Part shown: piece after piece, positions 1 through 12,593 of the stretch | Numbering within the stretch: position 1 is the stretch's first letter | Layout of the letters: every line of letters begins with the position of its first letter | Assembly (NCBI GenBank): GCA_964016885.1 | Contig: OZ024740.1 | Coordinates: forward strand, 178,312,001-178,376,000 | From: Eledone cirrhosa | Lineage: Eukaryota | DNA: 64,000 nucleotides | Reading direction: 5' to 3' | The notes under the pieces: model-generated | Seen by the model: the letters and a program-made list of their open reading frames with translations, nothing else | Database searches by the model: none | Told to the model about the DNA's origin: nothing | Translations under genes and position numbers: made by a program

Positions 1-475
1 GGGTTAAAGACAGATACTTTCCTCTTCGGCGAATCCCTAATTAACTTTTTCAAGTTTCACTTGAAGAGGAAAATCAGGGTGGAGAGGCAAGTGCTGCCTT
101 CTAGCAAGTTTGTTGAAAGGTGGGTGAATGTTGCGAGAATGGTCCGAGTGAACGGGACCGCTCTGAATATACGCCTGTAGTTTAAGAAATGGAAAAATTG
201 AGAGAGGGCGCTTTCCTTGGTGGTCAGGTTGGCCGTGGTCTTTTGTGTGGTTTTCGCCAAGAGCAAACCTCGGAGTTTTCCCCCCGATTGGAGAATATAT
301 CATTGTTTCAATTTTCATTTTTATTGTTTATATATATGTGTCTATGTGTTTATTTCTTTTATTATATAAATAATAAAAATCTTTACACGGACAAAACCCA
401 CATCGTATCGTCCTGTACCGTCCTGTACTGTCTGTAATGTTTTTCTTGATAGCCCTTGTGGCCAATAAAGAAATC

Positions 476-523
<48 letters not shown>
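1..523 (+). mobile_element. 3' end of Tx1-clade LINE (subfamily A), with (ATT)n tail
   Basis: Reads ...LFGESLINFFKFHLKRKIRVERQV...VRVNGTALNIRL* (TAG 178-180), homologous to the ORF2 C-termini at 16034 and 59822. AATAAA at 464-469, (ATT)n at ~478-523. Confidence 0.85.
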
Positions 524-557
<34 letters not shown>

Positions 558-567
<10 letters not shown>

Positions 568-1093
568 AAGGTTTAGCAAATAAGGAAAAAGTTTCAAAAT
601 AAATTTTAAAAAATTAACATTACCTACTATAGTTACCTTTACCGAATCGGTTTCGAATCTCAAAAATAAACGAATCTCAAAAATAAACGGAGTCCATACG
701 GCCTTTTGTTGCAAAGAAAGATTCTCGTCAGAAGGTTCTTTACATTCGAAGAATATAAAATTCTCGAACTTAAATTACAAACTGGCGCTATTCGAAATTG
801 TTCCCGAGATGAGAGTAAATGAAGTGGAATCAATTTTTTCAAGGGCCGAGTGCAAAGATAGAAGCAGAGGCAGGCAGGTCAGTCTGCTACCGCTATAACT
901 AGCAACAGTCAGAACGACCAAATTTTTTTCTCAACATAGAGGAGTATAGTAATAATAGAATATGTGTTCCTACACGCACAATGCGCTAAGGGACACATGT
1001 ATTGTCCAACCAAATGCCAATGTGGTTCAATGGCAGGTTAATAAATTAACGAGCCAGAACATATATAAACAAGGTTTAGCAAATAAGGAAAAA
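558..1093 (-). mobile_element. ~503-bp non-coding hammerhead-bearing unit with terminal redundancy (retrozyme/PLE-derived)
   Basis: 33-bp direct repeat ATATATAAACAAGGTTTAGCAAATAAGGAAAAA at 558-590 and 1061-1093, an internal hammerhead, and (TA)n on both sides. Confidence 0.55.
635..736 (-). ncRNA. Type-I hammerhead ribozyme candidate
   Basis: Minus strand: ACCUU-CUGACGA-GAAUCU...AGAUUC-GAAA-CCGAUUCGG-UA-AAGGU. Stem I is 5 bp, stem II 6 bp with a long loop, stem III near-palindromic, cleavage triplet GUA. Confidence 0.75.
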
Positions 1094-1138
1094 ATGTCAA
1101 TATATATATATATGTGTGTGTGTGTGTATGTATATATG

Positions 1139-1200
<62 letters not shown>

Positions 1201-1203
<3 letters not shown>

Positions 1204-1343
1204 CAAAGAAAGAGTGGTAAGAAACAAAGTGGATCATAACGCCCCAGAGTACTCGATACTTAGGGTAATAGTGTGTGTAATAGGAAAAGAGTCAGGACCC
1301 CGACGGCTGAGCTCCGGCTGTTTCGACAGCTAGATCCAGACTC
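1201..1343 (-). mobile_element. Fragment of a hammerhead-bearing repeat family (3' half of the ribozyme plus tail)
   Basis: Minus strand CTGTC-GAAA-CAGCCGGAGCTCAGCCG-TC-GGGGTCC. Homologous to 8115-8159 (+) and 44501-44633 (+). Confidence 0.6.
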
Positions 1344-1377
<34 letters not shown>

Positions 1378-1864
1378 GTATTTATATATATATACGCAGC
1401 CGAGAGATCGGACTTTGAAGCGCCGCAAATATAACATTAATGTAAATATACCATCGGCCGCTGTCAACTTCTTTTTCCGTCTTTTACGGGTCTTTACCCT
1501 ATTTTATAAACCATTTTATCACATTTCTGCGCATGAGTACATCATTCTTTACATTAAAAATAGAAACAAAATATTGAGAAGCTTATTGCATTACCGCTCA
1601 CAATCAAAACAGTATTTCATTGCTTATTAATTAACACAAATATTATTTACCTCAAATATTTTATGAGAACATTCAAAGACTACTGTTTATTCAACAACTA
1701 GGTCGTGTTCTGCAGATAACTTGTTGGTATAATTAATGCCATTCAGAGTAAAGTAAAACTCAGCTGCAAAACGAATTTCTCGAACTTTAGAAGCGCATCA
1801 CATGTTATACATTTGATAGCAGTTGACAAGCTGAAAATTTACAATAGCAAGAATGCGTGCATTA

Positions 1865-2054
1865 ATAATTGTTTCTACTTTTGGCACAAGGCCAGCAATT
1901 TCCCAGTGTATTACTGGTACTTTATTTTATCGACCCCGTAAGGATGAAAGGCAAAGTTAACCTCGGCGGGATTTGAACTCAGAATGGCAAGGGCCGTAAC
2001 TCTATGCGTCAAAGCATGGCGTCCGACCCTCTACCGATACTGCCAATTCACTGC
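1865..2054 (-). mobile_element. tRNA-derived SINE (family 1)
   Basis: Minus strand has A-box-like TGGCAGTATCGG, B-box GAGTTCAAATCC and a 3' end ...GTAGAAACAATTATT. Near-identical copies at 10230, 18484 and 49162. Confidence 0.85.
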
Positions 2055-2163
2055 ATTAATAATGTAATAGATTCCTATACTCATCGTTTTCACAGATTCG
2101 TTCTAACATATATATAGGACTAAAGTTATATAATATATATATTGCAATGGAACTTTATAATGG

Positions 2164-2233
<70 letters not shown>

Positions 2234-2390
2234 ACACTCATCTTTTTCCATTTCTCCGAGGGTTATAACAATTTCTTTAGTCTATAATACGGTGAAAGCT
2301 TATAATTTCTAATTTCTAATTTCAAACTCGTGCACCGTTTCAATAAACATACTTACATGTTTACCTTTGTAATTTGCTTGTTTATATATA

Positions 2391-3314
<924 letters not shown>

Positions 3315-3364
3315 ATTGATTGAATAACTAGAAAGCTCATTGGTGAAACTGATTGAGTTCCATT

Positions 3365-3455
<91 letters not shown>

Positions 3456-4290
3456 TGTGAGGATGTTTTTACAAAATGAAAAATAACCGAGGTGTCCTAC
3501 ACGGATGAAAGTATAAAGAAAAAAAGATGAAATCGAAAATGCAACTGGAGTCTTATTTTAAAAAAATATATACATATTTATTTGGTTTGTTTACCGGTTT
3601 CGCAGTTCTTCTGCTTTTCAAAAGTAGAGTTGAGATGGAGGGTCTGTGGTTTTTCTCACATCTGGTTGGTCTCTGAATGTTACTTGTTTATATGGAAAAA
3701 GTGGCTCGAAATGCCAAGTTTTTCGAGAAGTAATTTGATTGGTTGGTCAATAATTATAATAAATTTCGCGCCAGTTCGCGTTACAAAGGGCTGGGGGTGT
3801 CACTCATATATGAGTGTTTGAATTTCTTTTTACTTAAAAAACGGGGGGTTCACGAAGGCTTTTTTTAATAAACATAATTTGATTGGTTAAAAATGAAATT
3901 ATGGCTGTCACGTGAACAAGTTTTCATTAAATTTTCGCGCCCTTATTTGGAAATCTATTCTGTAGCCTTTTTAGAGAATTTTATGACAAGCAAAAGATAA
4001 TGGTCAAGAGAAATTGGATGGGAGAATTGTTCTGGTTCAGTGAATATGGTTAGTTCGCTGGGGTGTCAGAATTCAGATTTTCTATTGAATAAAGAAAGTA
4101 AAGATATGTATGTTTATTTGTGTGGTTGTGTGTGTGTGTGTGTGTTGTGTGTGTGTGTTTGAATTTCGTTTTACTTAAAAAAAGGTAAATATATATAAAA
4201 AGGAACGATCGACTTTCGTCAAATCGGACCGAGGGAACAATGTTTCCGTTGGTCTTTCCAATTGCTAATACTATCTATCGGTCGCAACTC

Positions 4291-4420
4291 CAGGTGGAAG
4301 GAGCAACGTGAAATAAAGTGTCTTGCTCAAGGACATAACGCATCGCCTGGTCCAGGAATCGAACTCACAACCTTACGATTGCGAATCCAAATCTCTAACC
4401 ACTCAGCCACACGCCTTCAC
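4291..4420 (-). mobile_element. tRNA-derived SINE head (family 2)
   Basis: Minus strand has A-box GTGGCTGAGTGG and B-box GAGTTCGATTCC, followed by GTCCTTGAGCAAGACACTTTATTTCAC core-like sequence. Confidence 0.75.
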
Positions 4421-4721
<301 letters not shown>

Positions 4722-5228
4722 AGTATTAATGTATATATATAGTGAAAGTATTAATTATGCAGTCTGCATAATTAATACTTTGTAGATAGCAGCCGTTTTC
4801 AGGTTATATAACTGTTATTGAAACACGTGTCAATAAATTCCTTTTACTGAACTGTATCCATTTAAATCCTTCTATATATATATATATATATGGAATGGAA
4901 CTTAATCAGTTTCACCAATGAGCTTTCTAGTTATTCAATCAATGGGACAGTCTTCTCTGGAAATTAACATATAAATGACTGAGCATTCCAAAGTCGAGTA
5001 TAGCCAAAGCAAAATTGTCTGATTCAGCCTGAAAGAGTGTGACAAGGCTGGAATTAAAAATACAGTCAATCCGACGGAATTTCGAACAGTTTCCGTTAAC
5101 CCAATTCCCCTCACAAGTCTATAGTAAATACCACTTGCTCAATGTGCAAGAAAGTAGCATCAAAGCCAGGATGTAACTATTGGTAAGAAAACTTCTAAAG
5201 CTATCAAATTTCTGTCTTTCTTCCCCCA

Positions 5229-5333
<105 letters not shown>

Positions 5334-5465
5334 ATACATAGAGGAATTAAGTATCGAGAGAGAGAAGAATAGATAGGCGATACATGTAGTTATTTGCCAA
5401 ACGTACGTAGGTGTTATTTTAAATAAACATGTTTTAACGGTTTATTCTCCTTTATATATAGCTCC

Positions 5466-5571
<106 letters not shown>

Positions 5572-6033
5572 GTATGTGTGTGTGTGGTTCTGAGTGTGTT
5601 TAAGTTTATATGAGTTTGAGAGCTGGTTTTGTTCTCGTTGGCTTTCTTTATATCCCATAAGGGATATAAGGGAGAGGCTCAACAAATAGATGTCCATAAA
5701 ATAAGTATCAGATTGAAATAATTTCTGTGGTCGAATGATCGACTACAAACATTGTAGGTGGTTTCTAAGTATGGCCACAGTCCGATGATTGAAACCAATA
5801 AAAGAATAAAGGGGCAGCAGATTACCAACCATACGCTTAATGAATTTCACTTTGGGATGTAAAATGTCTAGCCTAGTTTCATTTCCATACAAAGGAATCT
5901 GTTCATAAGATAACAAAACAACCAATGCAGAACCAACGAAAATTGATGTCTATCGATTGATTCGTTTTAAATCTTAGATTTTAGTGATGAATAGACAATA
6001 GAAATGCTTGTTCTATGAATGAATGACTGAATG

Positions 6034-6080
<47 letters not shown>

Positions 6081-6786
6081 GTGTGTGTGTGTTAAGTAGC
6101 TTATATTTAGTTTCATAGTTAATGATTTAGCTATGAAACTCTTCTGAGCTGATACTATCGCTGAAATCTTTGTTCATATTGAAAGATTTAAAACTCATGC
6201 ATTGATTGAGATAGAGATCATATAAACACATGAAGCGTAACCTTATAAACTTTTAATAAATATAATAGAATTGCTTTTGTTGTTCATAGAATTTCATTAC
6301 CGCGAAATGCCTTGCCGTATGTTGTATGTCCACTAATAAATGTCTTGTCATTTCATTTTAACAAAGGAAAATATATACATCTATAGTTGCGAGAGGATGT
6401 TCTACAAGACTCTCGTTGGAGGGATAGGGAAAGGAGAACGCTGGTAACCTATTCTATTGCAGAGTTTAAATATTCCTCTACATGCTCTCATTTCAATATT
6501 CACCGGGAACGAATTACTTTTTCATTACTCAACACGTTGATCGATATATTCTTTTACTTGTTTCAGTCATTAAACTGTAACACCGGCTTAAAAAAATATT
6601 TAGTAGTTAATAACAACCCTACTACTTATCTGTTTTCAATCTGGTACTTATATTATCAACCATTGTTTGTTGAAACACTAGATTAAAGGAGATAATCACA
6701 GTCAGAAACGTTGACACAAACATGGAGACTGCTATATGTATATATATATATATACGTGTAATATTATAAAGTAAAATAACAGGAGG

Positions 6787-7167
6787 CCTGATAGGTTGAA
6801 TTCCCATAATTATTTATTTCTGCAAACACTATGCACATTTCAGTGGTCAGAACCTTGCGTAAGAACCTGGTGACATCATCAGGTTTATATTGTATAATAG
6901 TTGTATACCAAAGGAATGATGGTAAACACACTCCAAGAGGCTTTAAGGAAAAAAGCAAAGAAAAAAATGTTTTCGTTTTTGACTCAGAGATTATCGTCGT
7001 AGCCTGTTGTCATTTTCGCTCGTCGTCTCGTTTACCATTATTCCTTTGGTATGCAACTATTATGAAATATACACCTGATGATGTCACCAGGTCCTTACGC
7101 AACCTGGCCACTGAAATGTGAATAGCGTTTGCAGAAATAAATAATTAAAGGAATTCAACCTGTCCGG
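6787..7167. repeat. Inverted repeat (~140-bp arms), each arm with a decayed hammerhead
   Basis: 6787-6927 is the reverse complement of 7030-7167. Plus arm reads ACAC-CTGATGA(7075-81)...CCAGG..CCTGG..GAAA(7113-16)-TGTGAA-TA-GCGT. Confidence 0.6.
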
Positions 7168-7276
7168 TACCACGATTAAATGCGGAAATCCCCATTTTAT
7201 AAATAAATGTTTTAATATTATACTGAAAAAATCCCTCCAGCCTTTTCTACTGTATTCTTTTTCCTTTTTACTATTT

Positions 7277-7317
<41 letters not shown>

Positions 7318-8069
7318 CATTTTTTACGATAGCGGCATTAAAACGACAACATCCACCTTATCACTCCATTACAGAAATATCAATATCTAATTGCACGCGG
7401 ACAAACATAGGCCAATAACATTGCATAATAAATAGTGACCACTCACTCCACCTATTTCACAATAAATAGATGAAATATAATCCCCACCACTAACACAGTA
7501 GTGCCACGAACTGAGGATATCTTAAGTAAATCAAATCTATACTCCTAACCATAATGTAAGATAATTCAATTACTAGCTTAGTTATTAGTAAATAAACTTG
7601 AACCAAAAAATCCACTAGATTTTACTTTAATAGAACCGGCTGGTAGTTCCTGTTTTTTTTTCAGATAACTAACAAATAAGTCGTCACTTCGTTGCCTGAT
7701 ATATTTAATTTGCCAATCGGTGAATTTGGACCATTCATTGATTAAGGCGTTCTTCTTCTATATTTGACGCCAATTCTACAGACCTGTTGTCTGAAGTCGC
7801 GATAACCATGCTTGGGGCAGACGTACTCTCACACACACCCTAATATTTTGATACATATAATTCCACTCCCTCTCCAAGATTATTCTATCTCAAATTTACC
7901 AGACAGATGCACTTAGATACACGCATGGACGCACACACACACATATAAACACTCACTAAGCTAGATATCTACACACACAACCACTACCTACGCATAAACA
8001 AGTTAACACTTATATGAAGAGAATTTGCTATTGGATAAATAATATATGCCATCATTTGGAAAAACCAGA

Positions 8070-8157
8070 ACCCCTGATGATACAGCCAGTAAACTGGAAA
8101 GCCCTGCGGCAAAGTCTGGAACTAACTGTTGAAACGGCAAGAGCTCAGCCGTTGGGT
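8070..8157 (+). ncRNA. Type-I hammerhead ribozyme candidate with branched stem II
   Basis: ACCC-CUGAUGA-U-ACAG...CUGU-U-GAAA-CGGC(AAGAGCUCA)GCCG-UU-GGGU. The sibling at 1296-1343 has the canonical CUGUC-GAAA and a GUC triplet. Confidence 0.65.
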
Positions 8158-8373
8158 CCCACCTCTTTATAATATATATACATAAACACATGTGAGTCTT
8201 GTTACTCTTGAGGCTCACCTACAGGATCATCAGATGATTCTTTGAGCTGTCAGGTGAAATTCAAGAGTAACAAGTCTCGCCATTTAGCCAGAATAAATAA
8301 TATTTAAACTCGCCGTCAGTATTGAATACTCATTCTCACGTCCATCAATAACATACGAATATATATATATATA

Positions 8374-8507
8374 AAGAAGTGGTTACACAACAGTTAGTTC
8401 ATCATACCGAGAACAGTTGTTTCACCTTAGCGGATCCGAGCTGAGGATCCGCTAAGGAGAAACAATTTTTCTCGGTATAGTGAACTAACTGTTGTGTAAC
8501 CACTTCT
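8374..8507. repeat. ~134-bp imperfect palindrome
   Basis: AGAAGTGGTTACACAACAGTTAGTTCA...TGAACTAACTGTTGTGTAACCACTTCT. Confidence 0.85.
8436..8475 (+). ncRNA. Minimal type-I hammerhead ribozyme candidate
   Basis: CCGAG-CUGAGGA-UCC(GCUAA)GGA-GAAA-CAAUUU-UU-CUCGG. The opposite arm has CAACUG, implying a consensus palindromic stem III ACAAUUGU. Confidence 0.7.
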
Positions 8508-8569
8508 ACCTAACTCGTCCCATGGACTGAGTGCTCTACCACTACGGATATTACCTTCCAGTGTACTAC

Positions 8570-8710
<141 letters not shown>

Positions 8711-8714
8711 GAGT

Positions 8715-8746
<32 letters not shown>

Positions 8747-8902
8747 GAGAGAGAGAAATGGGTTCTACAGGACTAGAAATCATCAGGGCTTCCTGAATAT
8801 TTCTCCTGTATGAAAGAGTTCTAGTCCCGTAGAAGTCATTTTTATATTAAATATTTATACTCTGCTATGTATTGAGTACCTTACTTACTGTGGTTACCAA
8901 TC

Positions 8903-9016
<114 letters not shown>

Positions 9017-10229
9017 CGCGTGTGTGTATGTATAACACAAACATTTAATCATATATATGGCATACATTTACAATAGAATTGGAGAAATACCTCCCTCCCT
9101 ACCGAAAATAAAATAAATAAAACCAACATATATAGTAACGTCGGAAGTACCATCAGTTTAAAATTCATGTAATATTTAGAGATCAGCATAGCACTTCGTT
9201 ATCTTTTTAACGTGATTACTTGCCTAACAACAACCAAAAGTTAAACAGAAAAGAAAAACTTAATCTCAACTCAACTACGCCAAAGCGTTAATTATTATTC
9301 ATTTCTTGACTTCCATAAAAATACAGCCCTAGTTGACATCGTCACACATATTGCGTGGATTACTTTCAATATAATAGAATATCACAAAAACAAAATGAGA
9401 TGAAACACAGTTTGTCCACAAGGCACACGTAGCTACACTATGTTGTGCAGTGAAAAGCACGCAATAGAATAAATAGTTTATGTAATTACGCTTAACTTAG
9501 CGCTTATGTTGTGTGTATGTATTTATGTGAGAACACAACTTTAAAGATTTCGTGTATACGCTGTGTTCAAGTAAAAAAAAAAAAAAAAGCAATTATGTCA
9601 CCAACAGTGCTTTTCATTCATATTAGACTAATTATTTCAGGTACTTTCTATAATCTGCTTGACATATATAACATTGCTGTAGCAATGTGTTCCCCTACAT
9701 GGAATCACAGATGTACTTATTGTCTGAGGAGAATAAAATATTGTTGAATATGACTTAAGGGAAATCTAGCTGATATTTTTAACCCATTGAAATACCAAAA
9801 TACTTTTTTATTTGTGTGAAAGAGGCGACAACAAAAACCTAGCAGTAATTGTTAGCAACTCTGTATGAGAAGAGGGAGATAATTTAAAAAAATAGATATA
9901 TAGTGAATTAGCAAACTAAAAAAAAAAATTTTATATTTGCTTTTGGCTTGAGGGACAGCTATTAATACTTGTTTCAACCTCGTTAGGTATCATCACCACA
10001 GCCCTGGCCTCCTATCCGAAGAAATGCAGACTTTTAAATATATACAAACCGAACTAATAACATTCTTGGAGAATTAAAATGAAAAGAGGACTCAGAGAAA
10101 ATAACTGAAAAGATGTAGTGTCATGACATGTATTAGGACACAGTTGACGGTGTTCTCAATACATGATAACATGCATTTATTAATTTTTCTTTATAATCAC
10201 AGATAGCAAATAAAATATAGTTATGTTTA

Positions 10230-10402
10230 TCGGTAGAGGGTCGGACGCCATGCTTTGACGTACAGAGTTATGGCCCTTGCCATTCTGAGTTCAAATCCCG
10301 CCGAGGTTAACTTTGCCTTTCATCCTTACGGGTCGATAAAATAAAGTACCAGTAATGCACTTGGTAATTGCTGGCCTTGTGCCAAACGTAGAAACAATTA
10401 TT
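10230..10402 (+). mobile_element. tRNA-derived SINE (family 1), slightly 5'-truncated
   Basis: Reverse complement of 1865-2040, with B-box GAGTTCAAATCC. Confidence 0.85.
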
Positions 10403-10730
10403 GCCTTGGTGTGGTTGGTATTATGATTGTTTTTTACCTAACATAACTGGCACCGTCACACAATTGGTTCTGTTAAAAATAGACCAGACAACGTTATTAG
10501 ATTCACATTATTATTATTATTAGTTATCATTAGAAAATGGCGGTAACTACGGCGGAGTAATTTGGTTGAATTTTTATGAGTTATCGAAAGTTCTAATAAT
10601 ATATTTTTACATCGGTGTGTAGTTAAAGAACCCTTCTGTCAAAGGAGGGTTTTTTTAAAACTGTATCTCGCGCCCTTGAGGGCTAAATCTGCTTTTATTT
10701 ACAAACATAACTCCAAAATTAAAAAAAAAC

Positions 10731-12544
10731 ATGGCGGACAAAGAAAATTATCCAGAGGGAAGAACAGCGAGTTGTTCAGAGGGTGGTAGAGCCATTTCCA
10801 CCCAATCACAAGGCAAAGTAAAAAACAAGAGAAACAGCAGCAGCAGCGACAGCGACAGAGATAATGATATCAGCAACAGCTGTCACTGGAACTGTAGTAG
10901 CAGTAGTGAAAATTAAAACGAAAAATTTCCTGCGCTACAGAAATCAAACACCACTACCACCCCAATAACAACAATAAAAACAGCAACAACCACAAAGAAC
11001 CCAAAGAACAACAACTATAACAGCAGCAACACAGAGGAAAAAGAAAGAAACAAAAAACAGCAGCGACGGCAACAAAGACAAAACTAGTGACGTGTCAACA
11101 CAAATCAAAACAAACACATCTTTCGCGAAAGCGACCAACAAGTTTGAGCAAATAAACATCACTAACAAAATAAAACAAGCAAAGGTCTTGGTAAAAAAAA
11201 ACCGGACACAGAGTAAGTCTCACCCGCCCAGCTGAGATAATAACAAACAAACTTTTGTGTTCGGTCAGTTATTGGTACGATCGGATCAAAATCCAGGCGA
11301 GTTGAACGGGCAACGGAGTCACAGATCCAAAGAGCTATGGGTGCCGTCTGGGCACAGAAACATATATAGCGCGGGGATCCAGATATGGCACTGTGGGTGT
11401 GCTCTTCGCTACACCAGAGGAAGCCAGAACACACTCCATTGCACCACTCCGCAGCGACGAAATCACAATGATGCCCACATATTGCGGCCAGAGAGTCGTG
11501 AGGGTTCGAGTAGGCCAGGTTCCACCCTCAGTGGAGAGGGCGTGGTTGACGGCAGCCGTCCTCGCTGACGTTGAAGATTCAACAACCATACTCAACGTCA
11601 TACGAATAAGACAGGAAAATTGGACAGGGTCGGGATGGAGCTAATCATCCAAGAAAACCACGAAAGCGTTGAAGCCATCCCCGATGTAATAGACTTTGAC
11701 GACGGCAGCCATCTACCCGTGACTGTCGAAGGTAGGCGCCCAAGGTGTCATGGATGCGGTGACAAGACACACCTTAAGGCATTCTGCCCCAAATTTACCA
11801 AAACAGGCACGCGCCCACCCCTTCTCCTCACGCCGTGCCCCGCAACTGGAGCAGACAAACAAACAAAGAACACAGTGGCAGAAGAGAAATCACCATCCCC
11901 AACAACAAAAACACCATCTCTTCCACCACCCACAAAACCAATGGAAAGCATACCCCTTTCTGATATAGCCAAATCGGACAAGGAGTGCGATGAGGCCGAA
12001 GAGTGGAGAACTATTCCAACAAAAAAAGGAAGAACTCCCTACCCTCATCCCCCCCCCCCCCAAAAAAAAAGAGGAAGAAAGAACCTTAAAATAAAAATGA
12101 AAACTACCCCAACTCCACCACCATCAACAGCCACCCCCCCACGACCACCGCCACCACCACCACCACCACCACCCTTACCATCTACCCCATCGTCACCTCC
12201 AACAACACGACAGCAAACACAGAAAACACCAACACCCAAACAGCAGACACAATACACAGCCATAGACAGACAACACATAGCTTTTAAATTACATTCAACA
12301 CCACACCAACACCACAGAAACAAACTACGTACAAACCACCAAAATTGCACCCCGCACACACATAAAAATAATAGAAATTACACAAAAAAAATTACATAAC
12401 ATTAAAAAAAATGTTCCCACATCAATTGGAGACTACCGAGGGAACATCACCAAAAGAATATTCACGGATATTCTGGCGGAGAAACCCACCAATGGTCGCA
12501 GGGATTGATCACTCACCGCCTTCCTAAAGAAGAGCCACAGGTAA
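10731..12544 (+). pseudogene. ORF1 (gag-like, zinc knuckle), frameshifted
   Basis: Fragments MADKENYPEG..., GVLFATPEEA...VRVRVGQVPP and CHGCGDKTHLKAFC (CX2CX4HX4C), then a Pro/Thr-rich tail. Confidence 0.75.
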
Positions 12545-12593
12545 TTTTTTGTACCTCTACCCTCTCACTTGTTTTCCTCCTATGCTAGCCAAC

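Noticed and set aside
3585-3630. Minus-strand TTGAAAA-GCAG..CTGC-GAAA-CCGG-TA
   Set aside because: Two core mismatches and no stem I; at most a relic.
4340-4420. tRNA gene
   Set aside because: The A and B boxes run into SINE body sequence with no complete cloverleaf, so it is a SINE head.
4775-4836. GAAA-CACGTG-TC, a possible hammerhead 3' half
   Set aside because: The upstream core is degenerate (TTGTAGA) and stem I is absent.
8755-8845. Small inverted repeat with CTGATGA on the minus strand
   Set aside because: No GAAA or stem III follows, so it cannot be called a hammerhead.
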